Part shown: one piece after another, positions 31,236-49,085 of the stretch
Numbering within the stretch: the first letter of the stretch is position 1
Layout of the letters: each line of letters opens with the position of its first letter
The notes under the pieces: model-generated
The model's input: the letters and a program-made list of their open reading frames with translations, nothing else
The model's database searches: none
What the model was told of the DNA's origin: nothing
Origin: the human T2T-CHM13v2.0 reference genome, Homo sapiens
Direction: 5' to 3' (one strand)
Length of the DNA stretch: 64,000 nucleotides
NCBI RefSeq assembly: GCF_009914755.1
Contig: NC_060935.1
Translations under genes and position numbers: made by a program

Positions 31236-31619
31236 TGTATTAGTCCATTTTCACACTGCTATAAAGAACTGCCTGAGACTGGATAATTTATAAAGGAAAG
31301 AGGCTTAATTGGCTCATAGTTCCGCATTCTGGGGAAGCCTCAGGAAACTTACAACCGTGGCGGAAGGCAAAGGGGAAGCAAGGACCTTCTTCATATGGTG
31401 GCAGGAGGGAGAAGTGCAAGCAGGGGAAATGCCAGACACCTATAAAACCATCAGCTCTCGTGAGAACTCACTGTCATGAGAACAGCATGGGGGAAACAGC
31501 CTCCATGATCCAATCACCTCCCTCCCTCAACACCTGGGGATTACAGGCCCCTTCCTCCACATGTGGGGATTACAATTTGAGATGAGATTTGGGTGGGGAC
31601 ACAGAGCCATACCATAGCG
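31236..31619 (-). mobile_element. THE1 (THE1C/D-like) solo LTR
   Basis: TGTATTAGTCCATTTTCACACTGCT start; 5-bp TSD TAAGC. Confidence 0.9.
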
Positions 31620-32940
31620 TAAGCCTTTTAAGGTGAGCTCCAGGAGTTGCCCTGCATGCTTCAGGATGGCCTGCCCAGGACATATCCCCTCTTTGCTGTG
31701 TGCTTTCTGCCTCTCCTGGTGTCCTGTAAGGTCACTTAGGTTCCCAGGAGGCCACCACAGCTGACCACCGATTCTCAGGAACGTAGCCATCCAGAAATGG
31801 AGGACAGGGCAGCCTACTTTTGATGAAAGTAGATGAAGAAATCGCTGGGTACTGGATGTTTTGAGGAAAGCAAAGCTAGGTTGGGAATGACAATAGGTGA
31901 ACAGATGGGAAAAAAGAGCGGAACCCTCATAGATGAAGGGCAAAATGAGGCGTGGATGCTTGGAGGGGGGTTTAGAGGGAGGTTGCTGAGAGAAATGGCA
32001 TGGGTGCCAGGAAAGGTGAAGGGTGGGAGGTTAACCTTTCTAACTCACAATTTTACCTCGACTTTCCATAGTCCAATGCTTAAAAATTATTTGAAATGGC
32101 AGCTTCTGAACTAAATCTAAGACTCAAGTTTCTGAATTTAGCTGTCAAAGAAAAATGATTCCATTTTAATTTTATTTTAATATGCTTCTGTTCTATGAAT
32201 TTCATCTCAAAATGTTTTACATTTGCACTTATGCAAAATGTATGATTAAATTCAGAATAAAAGTGATATATCTAGAGATATCTGTTAATCTTTTATTCTC
32301 TCAGGTCAGCCTATTAAGCAAATTCACTAGTTAAGCAAATTCAGTTTTCAATTTAATTGAAACAGACAAGAATTTTCACTAGCAAAAAGCTGAAATATAA
32401 ATAAATATGTGTTTTCACATCTATGTTTCTTTTCCAAGTCAGCTGGTAGGAAAATTTGCTGTGAATTTAAATGGTCCCTTTTCATCAAGAGAAAGCTGTT
32501 GGGCTGTAATTCCCTAACACTCTTTCCCTCTCCTTTCTCTTGAAAATTTCTCTTCAGCAAAACCTGCCTGGGATGGATTAGTAGAATCAGGCTGCCATGG
32601 CTGGAGGAGATATCTTGCAGATCATGGAGTTCAACCCTTATTTTATGCAGATGAAAGAGCCAGAGAAGCTGCTGATTTGCTTTGCTTGCAGTCACACAGT
32701 TAGTTGCTAGCCAAGTGTTAATCCCTTAGAGAATGTTCTACTCCTAGTTCTTGGACTTCCGGTGTTTAAGTTCAGGTAATTTGTCTTCCACGCTAGAAGA
32801 CAGTCCTCCATCTCTCCTCCAGAGCTCCAGTGTGGCCTTCTCTAATTTTCACAGATGTACACACCTTGGCTGAATCATGGCTCTGCCTCTTCTGTGAGAA
32901 ATGTGAAGGCCACAAGGAGCCCAGAGGTAGGGCCTATTTC

Positions 32941-33225
<285 letters not shown>

Positions 33226-34433
33226 TAGGGCCTATTTCCAACTGGAGGGGAGGACTGGTGAGGAGGACTCTCAAGAGAAAAAGCCAAGATGAGTGTATTG
33301 AGTAGCCTGGTTTGTATCTGGGTGTGCTTTATGTCTCTGGCTATTCTCTTGGTACCTCTATCTGCTGTACACAGCGGGAGAGGAGAGAGCAGGAAGAGGG
33401 TAGAATAAGACCCCTGTGTTTTTCATTTTGTTCCTTGGATGACTGGTAGCGAATGTAGTACTGGTCCCATTACTCATCGGTGTTCTCGGCAGAAGGGGCC
33501 TTTGGGAATATTGTCCTACCTTTAATCTCCTTGGCATGTTCAGAAATAATACGCTGCTAGCCTCTGACAAGAAAGCATGCAGCCCTGAGTGATCACTGAA
33601 GGCTCTTCCTTACTGAGGCCAGGTCTGGGTTGGTTACACTGTGTCAGCCTAAACAGTGAAGCTTAGTATGGTGGCTGCTGGAGTCCTGCTAAGTGAATAA
33701 ATTAGACTTAGGAAGAATAATTGCATAGGCCTGGTTGGGTAGCATTGCCGTCTGGCTCTATTTATCATCATAGAAAAGTATACCATATGCTATGGAGGTA
33801 GTGAAAAGAGCAGACAGCTCTTTCTGGAATGTTGGGAAGGTTTTATGGAGGTGGTGACATTTGAGTTGAGCCTTGGTATAGCAGCTTGTCCTGCGGAAAT
33901 AGGGCAGGGGTGAGTGCAGAAGTGGAAAATCCATGCAGAGAATAGCCACATAGACAAGGACTCAAAAGAGAGAATGGAGTAGACTCTCTGCTTGCAGTTT
34001 TCTTTCAAAGATGGAATAAAAGAAAAATGACCAACTTGCTTGGAGAAAATACATTTTTATGATGCTTTGTTCTGATACTATCCTTAAGCACTAAGTGCAT
34101 GGGCATGTGTGGAAGGTGGTCTTCGTAAGTCGATGAAAGCTGTTTTTACAGATTAAAGAGTGTATAGAAACATGTATGTGCATATACATGCTGACATCCA
34201 TGCAAGGAGACAATTGTCCTTTGTGGCTGGCTTGGAAATCATCCTGCTCTTGGTCTTGCAAAATTCAGCCTTGTATTGATTGTAGTGATCACAGATTTTT
34301 AGACCACAGAGATGACATAATCCAACAGCCTTGTTTTTATAGCCAATAAGCCTGAGGCCCAGTGAATGACTTGCCTAACGTTAGTATTTCACCCACCTAG
34401 TAAGTGGGGGAACCAAGACAAGAATTTGGGTGC

Positions 34434-34815
34434 TCCTATGGACTGAGTTATGTCCCTCCGAAATTTAGTGTTGAACTCCCGAGCCCCAGTATCTCAGAAT
34501 GTGACTCTATTTGGAAATAGGGTTTTATAAAAATAATTAAGTTAAAATAAGGTCATTACGGTGGACCCCAATCTTACCTGACTGATGTCATTATAGGAAG
34601 AGGAGATTGGTTACAGACAAGCACAGAAGGAAGACCACACGAAGACACAGAATGGAGGCTCTCTCTATGCTACACAGAGAAGTCTCAGAAGAAACCAATC
34701 TTGCTGGCACCTTGATCTCAGGCTTCCAGCCTCCAGAATTGTGAGAAAATAAAGTTCTGTTGTTTGTCACCCCATCTGTGGTAGGTTGTTATGGCAGCCT
34801 GAGGAAACTAATACA
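34434..34815 (+). mobile_element. MLT1B-like MaLR solo LTR
   Basis: ...tatggactgagttatgtccc...gaaaataaagttctgttg...aaactaataca; near-TSD GGTGC/GGTGT. Confidence 0.82.
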
Positions 34816-35490
34816 GGTGTCCTAATGGAAAGGCCCATGCTCTCATAGCTGCTTGGCAGCCTCCAGGGTGAGTAAGATGTGGCTGGAACGCAAGCACGCA
34901 TTGTCTGCAAGTCCTCAGCTGCTGAGGGAAGGCTGGACCTTGTGCTTGGCTGCAGGGTGTGGCCTCTGACACGGAAGCACTTTTCCAGCCCTGGGTGACT
35001 CTTGGAGTGAGTATTATCACAGACCATGTCTGCACAATTTACATCCACCAATGAATTAACTTCTATTTACAAGACTTGAAGAAATGCACCAAGGTCGGCT
35101 GAATGAAAACTCAACGTCAGTAGCATTTTGTAATTGATGATGATGATGATGAATTAATTTGTGTACAATGACTATCAATACCTATTATCAATATCCATTA
35201 CTTTTTTGTTTGTTTATTTGTTTTTTTGGGTTTTCTTGTTTTGTTTTGTTTTTTTTTTTTTGCATGTCTGAACTCTCTATCTTGGTTGTAGCCTCATTGT
35301 GGACAAGGAGTACAATAACATACTCAATTTTGCATCCTTTGCTGTTAATTAAAAAAAAATCCTCATTCGATAATGAGAAGAAAAATTATCAGCAATTATC
35401 TTAACAAGCAGCTCCCCGGCTCTGGCATGAGCACAAGGTCATCTAATTGGTGCCCATTGGAGACGCTCCGTCAGACTCCCCGTTGACATA

Positions 35491-35504
35491 CTGCCATCTG
35501 GTGG
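35491..35504 (-). promoter_or_regulatory. Candidate CTCF site
   Basis: Minus strand CCACCAGATGGCAG, 14/14 to CCASYAGRKGGCRS, in unique CpG-containing sequence. Confidence 0.6.
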
Positions 35505-35956
35505 AGCTGGGCGGGCGGATCAGCTTTCACAGTCTGATGTTGCCTGTGTCTCGACATATGTTTGTTCCCGGTTCCTGCTGATTTTCCTGACAGCTGTCCA
35601 AATCCAGGGGCGAGCACCATGCAGGCCCAGGCCTTGGCAGAATACTGAAGGAGGCAAACATTTGCTTCGGTGTTCTGCTGCTTTCCCTATCAGCGATACT
35701 CACAGCCTGGTGTGCTTCCTCTTCTGGATGAAATCTTGAATTCTGTTCCACAAATTAACACCTCTTTCCCTGCCCCAAATTTATTTTATTTGCATAGACC
35801 TCACAGTTTATACATTGCTTCTGAAACTCCTCTCCCATTTGATAGTCAAACAACTTTTCGAGTGTGCTGGACTAGAATATTAACCTCCTTCAACAAAAAT
35901 TTATTGAATATTGATTGTACTCAGACTGGGAACTACGGTTACAAAGACAGAAAGAC

Positions 35957-36221
35957 CAGGGCCAACTTAATTCATGGTTACAGAAGGCCCAGTACCCGAA
36001 GCCCACAATATTTTTAGAATCCCATGAAGATGTTTTAATTTCTTTTAAAATATAAGAAAACATGAAATTTTAGGTGCAAGAAAAATGAGTATCTTTATGC
36101 CAATGCAAATTTTTAACACAATTTTAGTATTTTTAAATTATAACATTTAATATTTTTATGGAGGAAGAAGTCCATGAAGGCAAAATTCTCCAGGACCCAC
36201 AAAAATTGTAACGCCGTCTTG
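35957..36221 (-). mobile_element. ORSL-like hAT-Tip100 DNA transposon remnant
   Basis: CAGGGCCAACTTA start and gttttaatttcttttaaaa body resemble the recalled consensus. Confidence 0.45.
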
Positions 36222-36270
36222 GGAAAGGCAGGAATAAAATTAGATAATCATGCATATAAAAGCTGCTGCT

Positions 36271-36794
36271 GGCCAGGCATGGTGGCTCATGCCTGTAATC
36301 CGAGCACTTTGGGAGGCTGAGGCAGGCAGATTGCTTGGGTTCAGGAGCTCAAGACCAGCCTGGGCAACTTAGTGAAACCCTGTCTCTCTCTCCATATATA
36401 TATAATTTTATATATAAATATAAATATATATGTTATATATATATGTCTGAATATTTAGCTAGGTGTGGTGGTGTGGGCCTGTAGTCCCAGCTACTTGGGA
36501 GGCTGAGGCAGGCAGATCGCTTGAGTCCAGAAGTTCAAGGCCAGCGTGGGCAATTTGGCAAAAACCCCATCTATATTTGTAGAGATATATATAAATATAT
36601 ATATATATATTTAGCCAGGTATGGTGGCATGGGCCTGTCATCCCAGCTACTTGGGAGGTTGAGGTGGGAGGATCTCTTGCGCCCAGGAGGTCAAGGCTGC
36701 AGAGAGCCACGATCCTGCCACTGAACTCCAGCCTGGACAACAGAGCAAGACTCCATATCAACAAACAAACAAACAAACAAACAAACAACAAACA
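36271..36794 (+). mobile_element. AluJ trimer with two (TA)n linkers
   Basis: Left arm, linker, hybrid arm (36457), linker, right arm (36613), (AAAC)n tail. Confidence 0.88.
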
Positions 36795-37076
36795 GTAATG
36801 TGGGACCATGGAGTGGGAGGAGTTTTAGTTTGTCTCTAAGTAGAGTTGAAATATGTTTGATTGAACACATCAGGAAAGACAGAAAGTAATTGTGTTGGAG
36901 CTTAGGAAACTGCTGGAAGGGAACAGGAGCTATGGCCAGTCCTGGGGTTCAGAGGTGCTGGGAATATCTGGTAAATGGTTGTAAAGCCTGTCAGAGATTC
37001 ATTCCTCCAGGGATAGTATGAAGGGAGTTAGAAGGAGTTTCCTGGAAGAGAAATTATCCTAAGGAAGAAGAAAACA

Positions 37077-37420
<344 letters not shown>

Positions 37421-38225
37421 CTATAAGAAAGCCCTACTCACCCTCCTAATGGGACAAGTAATGTACAGGATGCCTGTCACTTGAATTTATTGCCTGCCTA
37501 GTTCTATGAAGAGCCTTAAAGTACCCAGTTAAAGTGGACTTATTTGTGAGTACTTATGAGACCCTCTTTGAACTCTCAGAGGCACTTCCCACAGTGGGGA
37601 CCTTGTCAGCAGGGCTGTCATCCTAGTGGTGCAAAGTGGCATCTCACTGTGGTTTTAATTCCCAAATGACTAATGATGTTGAGCATCTTTTCATGTGGCT
37701 ACCTCTCATTTCTGTAACTTCTTTGAAGAAATGTCTATTTAGAATCTTTGCCTACTTTTTAATCTAATTATCTTTTTATTATTGAGTGGTAAGAGTTCTT
37801 TATATATTCTGGATACAAGTTCTTTACATTATTTGCAAATATTTTCTTTCAGTCTTTCGGTAAAAGCTTTTAATTTTGATGAAGTTCATTTTATTTTTTT
37901 TTCTTTTATTGCCCATGCTCATAGTCTCATAGCTAAGAATCTTTTGCCAAAGCCAAGGTATTATGGTTTGAATGTGTCCCCCAAAGTTCATGTGTGGAAA
38001 CTTAATCCCCAATGCCACAGTTGAGAGGTGGGCTTTTTTTTTTTTTTTGAGATGGGGCCTAGTATAGGCATTTCAGCTTTCTTATGGTTGTTGTTTGCAT
38101 GATATATCTCTTTTCTATTCTTTTACTTTTAATCTCTTCATCTCTTTGGAATTAAGGCATGGCTCCTGTAGACAGCATATAGTTGAATCATATTCATCTA
38201 TCCAGTCTGAAAATCTCTATCTTTT

Positions 38226-38890
38226 TATTGATTTGTATTTATTTATTTATTTTAATTTTACTTTACGTTCTGGGATACATGTGCAGAACATGCAGGTTTT
38301 TACATAGGTATACATATGCCACAGTGGTTTGCTGCACCTATCAACCTGTCATCTAGGTTTTAAGCCCTGCATGCATTAGGTATTGTCCTAATGCTCTCCC
38401 TCCCCTGACCCCACCCCTGGACAGGCCCTGGTGTGTGATGTTCCATTCCCTGTGTCCATGTGTTCTCATTGTTCAGCTCCTATTTATGAGTGAGAACATG
38501 CAGTGTTTGGTTCTCTGTTCCTGTGTTAGTTTGCTGAGGATGATGGTTTCCAGCTTCATCCATGTGCCTGCAAAGGACATGAACTCATCCTTTTTTATGG
38601 CTGCATAGTATTCCATGGTGTATAATGGGATTGCTGGATCAAATGGTATTTCTGGTTCTAGATCCTTGAGGAATCACCACACTGTCTTCCACAATGGTTG
38701 AACTAATTTACACTCCCACCAACAGTGTAAAAGCATTCCTATTTCTCCACATCCTCTCCAGCATCTGTTATTTCCTGGCATTTTAATGATCACCATTCTA
38801 ACTGGCGTGATATGGTATCTCATTTTGGTTTTGGTTTGCATTTCTCTAATGACCTATGATGATGAGCTTCTTTTCATATGTTTGTTGGTG
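38226..38890 (-). mobile_element. 5'-truncated L1PA8-like element inserted in an older L1M
   Basis: 3'UTR gccctgcatgcattagg; TSD TGAAAATCTCTATCTTTT (38208-38225 / 38889-38906). Confidence 0.85.
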
Positions 38891-39116
38891 AAAATCTCTA
38901 TCTTTTGATTGGATTACTTAATCTATTGATACTTAATGTTATGATTAATATAGTTGGATTTATATTTGCCATTTACTTTTGTTTTCTATATATGTCATGC
39001 CTTCTTTCCCCTTTATTCTTACTTACTTTGTTCTTTCTCTTTTTACATTAAGTGAATATTTTCTAATGTATTCCCTAATGATTTATTTAGTAATTTTTTC
39101 ACTTCATTTTAGGATA

Positions 39117-39799
<683 letters not shown>

Positions 39800-40053
39800 T
39801 TAGCATGTACATCTTAACTTATGCAGTGATATATACAATTCCAGTGATATATAGAAATGTGACTGCTATATATCTGTCCATTCCCTCTTTTTTTGTGTTA
39901 TTATTGATATGCTTATTCTATCTATTAATGTTATAAATGTAGCAATACATTGTTATAATTATTACTTTACCATCTGTGGTCATTTTCTTAGTCTCATACA
40001 GTTTTGCTTCCTCCATCACCTTTGTGCTGTAGTTGACAGATATATTACACAGG

Positions 40054-40132
40054 TTAGGTTGGTGCAGAAGTAATTATGGTTTTTGCTATTAAAGGCAATG
40101 GCAAAAACCACAATTACTTTTGCACCAACCAA
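40054..40132. mobile_element. MADE1 (Hsmar1 MITE)
   Basis: About 80-bp palindrome TTAGGTTGGTGCAGAAGTAATT...AATTACTTTTGCACCAACC. Confidence 0.9.
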
Positions 40133-40269
40133 TAGATTTTATATGTTGTAGGCCCAACAATACATTATATATATATATATAATTTTATCCAATTAATTTT
40201 TAAATCAGTTAATAGAAGAAAGTAGAAAAAACTATGCACTTAAACTCTCTTATAAACCCATAATTACTA

Positions 40270-41490
40270 AAAGGAAAAACTGTTTCCACTCAACTCTCGC
40301 ACAACATTTCTGACATCAGTTCTGTGGATTTTCCACACCAAGAGATTCTCCAGTTCTCTATCGACACCAACTAGGTAACTTACAATTCAATCCTGAAGCC
40401 AACTTCCTGGAATTGGTACAGACTCCACAGGTTAAGTACTCAGGTCTACAAGACTGAATACTTATAGATACTATTTCAGATACCAATCAAAGCCTGGGCC
40501 TTCTGTATAATCATTCTCCACAGGGGATTGGTTCCAGGACCTCCTATGGATACCCAAATCCACTGGACGTTTGTCTCTTATATGAAATGATGTAGTATTT
40601 GCAAATAACCTAGCACATCCTCCCACATACATTAAGTCATCTTTAAATTACTTGTAATACCGGCCGGGTGCGGTGGCTCATGCCTGTAATCTCAGCACTT
40701 TGGGAGGCTGAGGCAGATGGATCACTTGAGGTCAGGAGTTCGAGACCAGCCTGGCCAATATGGGGAAACCCCGTTCCCACAAAAATACAAAAATTAGCCA
40801 GGCGTGGTAGTGCATGCCTGTAGTTCCAGCTACTCAGGAGGCTGAGTCAGGAGAATCGCTTGAAGCTGGGAGGCAGAGGTTGCAGTGAGCCAAGAACATG
40901 CCACTGCACTCCAGCCTGGGTGACAGAGCGAGACTATCCCAAATAAATAAATAAATAAATAAATTACTTAAAATACCTGATACAATGAAATGCTGTATAA
41001 ATAGCTGTTATACTGTATTTTTATTTGTGTTTTTAAAATTGTTGTATTGTTATTTTTATTGTTGTTTCTGTTTTCTTTTCTTTTTTCTTTTTTTTTTCTT
41101 GTTGCAAAGTTAAGGGGTAAGACTGATTTCTTAAACTTTGGTTGATTGTTTCCAGGAATGCAAAACCAGAGGATACAAAGGCCTGACTGTATTTCTGATC
41201 AACTGGCTATAAATCAGGAGTTCCCACAATCCCCTCCTCAGGTATGATAATTTGCTAGAATGGCTCATAGAACTCAAGAAAACATTTACTTACTATAACT
41301 GGCTTATTATAAAGGATATTTTAGAGGATACAAATGAACAGCCAGATAAAGAGGTACATAGAGCAAGATCCAGAAGGGTCCTGAGCATAGGGGCTCCTGT
41401 CCCCATGGAGTTGGAGTGCGCCACCCTCCTGGCAGCACATGGATGCATTCACTAATCCAGAAGGTCTCTGAATACTATCATTCAGGGATT
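40270..41490. mobile_element. MER21-like LTR interrupted by MER2 (about 40505-41190), itself interrupted by an Alu
   Basis: gacaccaactagg...ccacaggttaag and caactggctataaatcaggagttcccac...cagccagataaagagg; MER2 ggattggttccaggacc. Confidence 0.7.
40662..40962 (+). mobile_element. AluSz-like
   Basis: Full dimer, (AAAT)n tail, near-TSD AAATTACTT..AATACC. Confidence 0.94.
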
Positions 41491-41559
41491 CGTTTTGTTT
41501 TGAGACGGAGTTTTGCTCTTGTTGCCCAGGTTGGAGTGCAATGGCGCGATCTTGGCTCT

Positions 41560-42085
41560 TGACATTGTCATGAATCTGGGGAGCAGGCACAGGAGTGGAT
41601 ACTAAGAGAAGAAAACTAAGGATTATGAAACATAAAGTTTGAACAGGCAAAATTGTTAATATGCATTTATTTGCTCAATATTTGATATTTAAGATGTTGT
41701 TTTAGGCACTTGAAAGAGGCATTGGCAGTTTGCTAGTCTGGCTAACTGAAGCAGAGGCAGCCCATGGTCAATGAGGTTCAAATGCTGTAGCTTCCCTAGG
41801 TTACTGCATAGAAATGTACCTCAACTGCTAATTATGCACGAGTGAGCTGGGGTTTTTGATTCAGTAGATCTGAGCAGTACCTGAGATATGTATTTCCAAC
41901 AATTCCTATAGGAGTCCATTGTTGTGATTTTGATAAAACCACTCTTTACTAAGAGTGTTGTAAAGGAAAGCATATGAAAGCTTAGATAGAATGTTTGCAC
42001 AACCTGCCTGTCCATGCACTAATCGCGTGTCCTTGGAAATCCAAAAGGCCACTGTCTTCACTAAAGCATTAAGAATTGCACTGGT
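41560..42085 (+). mobile_element. ERV-L class (HERV16-like) internal gag fragment, with a small MER5-like insert
   Basis: gagtggatactaaga (EWILR) and cttcactaaagcattaagaattgcactggt; continues at 51417. Confidence 0.6.
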
Positions 42086-42633
42086 AACAAAAGAAATACA
42101 AGGCTAGTGATAGTTGTAGTAGGAAGATAAAGGGGGGCATCCCTGGAGAATCTCTAACCGGCCTGTGTACTGGGAGAACAGGGAGGAGCCGTGGGAAATT
42201 CGCAGAGGGGAGGAGCCTGGCCTCTTCAGTTCCTACGTGGCGGCCTGGTATTCAATCTGTGAGATGGGAGCCCGCTGGCAGGATCTCCTTTCACTCTGCT
42301 GAGAGGTTTTTTTCCCTTTTTTCCTTTTTGCCCAATAAATTCCACTCCCCTCACTCTTCAATGTGTCTGCATTCCTTTTTTTTTTTAATTTAATTTAATT
42401 TTATTTTTTTAATGTTTCTTTTTTTATTATTATACTTTAAGTTTTAGGGTACATGTGCACAATGTGCAGGTTAGTTACATATGTATACATGTGCCATGCT
42501 GGTGCGCTGCACCCACTAACTCGTCATCTAGCATTAGGTATATCTCCCAATGCTATCCCTCCGCCCTCCCCCCACCCCACAACAGTCCCCAGAGTGTGAT
42601 GTTCCCCTTCCTGTGTCCATGTGATCTCATTGT

Positions 42634-46455
<3,822 letters not shown>

Positions 46456-46508
46456 TATGATATTAGCTGGTTATTTTGCTCGTTAGTTGATGCAGTTACT
46501 TCCTAGTC

Positions 46509-47534
46509 TCAATGGTCTTTACACTTTGGCATGATTTTGCAGCGGCTGGTACCGATTGTTCCTTTCCATGTTAGCGCTTCCTTCAGGAGCTCTTGTAAGG
46601 CAGGCCTGGTGGTGACAAAATCTCTCAGCATTTGCTTGTCTGTAAAGTATTTTATTTGTCCTTCACTTATGAAGCTTAGTTTGGCTGGATATGAAATTCT
46701 GGGTTGAAAATTCTTTTCTTTAAGAATGTTGAATATTGGCCCCCACTGTCTTCCGGCTTGTAGGGTTTCTGCCGAGAGATCTGCTGTTAGTCTGATGGGC
46801 TTCCCTTTGAGGGTAACCCGACCTTTCTCTCTGGCTGCCCTTAACATCTTTTCCTTCATTTCAACTTTGGTGAATCTGACAATTATGTGTCTTGGAGTTG
46901 CTCTTCTCGAGGAGTATCTTTGTGGCGTTCTCTGTATTTCCTGAATCTGAACGTTGGCCTGCCTTGCTAGATTGGGGAAGTTCTCCTGGATAATATCCTG
47001 CAGAGTGTTTTCCAACTTGGTTCCATTCTCCCCATCACTTTCAGGTACACCAATCAGACATAGATTTGGTCTTTTCACATAGTCCCATATTTCTTGGAGG
47101 CTTTGCTCATTTCTTTTTATTCTTTTTTCTCTAAACTTCCCTTCTTGCTTCATTTCATTCATTTCATCTTCCATTGCTGATACACTTTCTTCCAGTTGAT
47201 CGCATCAGCTCCTGAGGCTTCTGCATTCTTCATGTAGTTCTCGAGCCTTGGTTTTCAGCTCCATCAGCTCCTTTAAGCACTTCTCTGTATTGGTTATTCT
47301 AGTTATACATTCTTCTAAATTTTTTTCAAAGTTTTCAACTTCTTTGCCTTTGGTTTGAATGTCCTCCCATAGCTCAGAGTAATTTGATTTTCTGAAGCCT
47401 TCTTCTCTCAACTCATCAAAGTCATTCTCTGTCCAGCTTTGTTCCGTTGCTGGTGAGGAACTGCATTCCTTTGGAGGAGGAGAGGCACTCTGCTTTTTAG
47501 AGTTTCCAGTTTTTCTGTTCTGTTTTTTCCCCAT
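46509..47534 (-). pseudogene. L1 ORF1p, disrupted
   Basis: MGKKQNRKTGNSK...; stop after 109 aa (CGA>TGA type) and a frameshift near the C terminus. Confidence 0.95.
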
Positions 47535-47990
47535 CTTTGTGGTTTTATCTACTTTTGGTCTTTGATGATGGTGATGTACAGATGGGTTTTTGGTGTGGAT
47601 GTCCTTTCTGTTTGTTAGTTTTCCTTCTAACAGACAGGACCCTCAGCTGCAGGTCTGTTGGATTACCCTGCTGTGTGAGGTGTCAGTGTGCCCCTGCTGG
47701 GGGTGCCTCCCAGTTAGGCTGCTCGGGGGTCAGGGGTCAGGGACCCACTTGAGGAGGCAGTCTGCCTGTTCTCAGATCTCCAGCTGCGTGCTGGGAGAAC
47801 CACTGCTCTCTTCAAAGCTGTCAGACAGGGACATTTAAGTCTGCAGAGGTTACTGCTGTCTTTTTGTTTGTCTGTGCCCTGCCCCCAGAGGTGGAGCCTA
47901 CAGAGGCAGGCAGGCCTCCTTGAGCTGTGGTGGGCTCCACCCAGTTCGAGCTTCCGGAGGCTGCTTTGTTTACCTAAGCACGCCTGGGCA

Positions 47991-48140
47991 ATGGGGGGCG
48001 CCCCTCCCCCAGCCTCGCTGCCGCCTTGTAGTTTGATCTCAGACTGCTGTGCTAGCAATCAGCGAGACTCCGTGGGTGTAGGACCCTCCGAGCCAGGTGC
48101 CGGATATAATCTCCTGGTGTGCCGTTTTTTAAGCCCGTAG
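47991..48140 (+). pseudogene. L1 ORF0 (antisense ORF), truncated to 49 aa
   Basis: MGGAPPPASLPPCSLISDCCASNQRDSVGVGPSEPG matches the ORF0 N terminus; TAG at 48138. Confidence 0.8.
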
Positions 48141-48893
48141 GAAAAGCGCAGTATTTGGGTGGGAGCAACCCGATTTTCCAGGTGCCCTCTGTCACCCTTT
48201 TCTTTGACTAGGAAAGGGAACTCCCTGACCCCTTGCGCTTCCGGAGTGAGGCAATGCTTCTCCCTGCTTCGGCTCACGCACAGTGCATGCACCCACTGAC
48301 CTGCGCCCACTGTCTGGCACTCCCTAGTGAGATGAACCCAGTACCTCAGATGGAAATGCAGAAATCTTCTGCGTCGCTCACGCTGGGAACTGTAGACCTG
48401 AGCTGTTCCTATTCGGCCATCTTGGCTCCTCCCTCCAATGTGTCTGCATTCCTAATCTTTCCTGGTCGTGTGACAAAAACCCGGTTTTAGCTGAACTAAG
48501 GAGCAAAATTCTGCAACACTAGGTGTGGTGGTTCATGCCTGTAAGCACTTCGGGAGGCTGAGGCAGGAGGATCACTTGAGTTCAGGAGTTTGAGACCAGA
48601 TGGGTAACATGGCGAGATCCCATTTCTACAAAAAAAATTTTAAAAATTAGCTGGGCATGGTGATGCATGCCTGTAGTCCCAGGCATGGGGACTCCTACTC
48701 AGAAGGCCGAGGCAGGAGGATCCCTTGAGCTTGGGAGGTGGAGGCTGCAGTAAGCCCCAACTGTGTCACTGCACTCCAGCTTGGGTGACAGAGTGATACT
48801 CTGTCTCAAAAAAAAAAAAAAAAAGTAAAAGAAATACAAGACATGTACTCTGAAGGCTGTAAAACATTGCTGAAATACAGGAAAGAAAATGTT

Positions 48894-49085
48894 ATTAGCC
48901 AGGTATGGTGGTGTGCACCTATAATTCCAACTACTCAGGAGGCTGATGCATTAGAATTGCTTCAACCCAGGAGGCAGAGGCTGCAGTGAGCCGAGATTAC
49001 GCCACTGCACTCCAGTCTGGGCGATGAAGTCAGAATCTGTCTCAAAAAAAAAAAAAAAGAAAGAAAGAAAAGAAAAATAAAGAAA
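48894..49085 (+). mobile_element. Alu right arm (5'-truncated)
   Basis: Right monomer plus A-rich tail, within L1MB. Confidence 0.88.

Noticed and set aside
32314-32343. 13-bp direct repeat TTAAGCAAATTCA x2
   Set aside because: Simple local duplication in A/T-rich DNA with no further support.
42108-42376. Possible p53 response element, known from some MER61 subfamilies
   Set aside because: No RRRCWWGYYY dimer visible in this copy.
42377-42430. Interrupted L1 tail as a possible 3' transduction
   Set aside because: Only a few non-A bases; consistent with poly(A) decay and too short to map.
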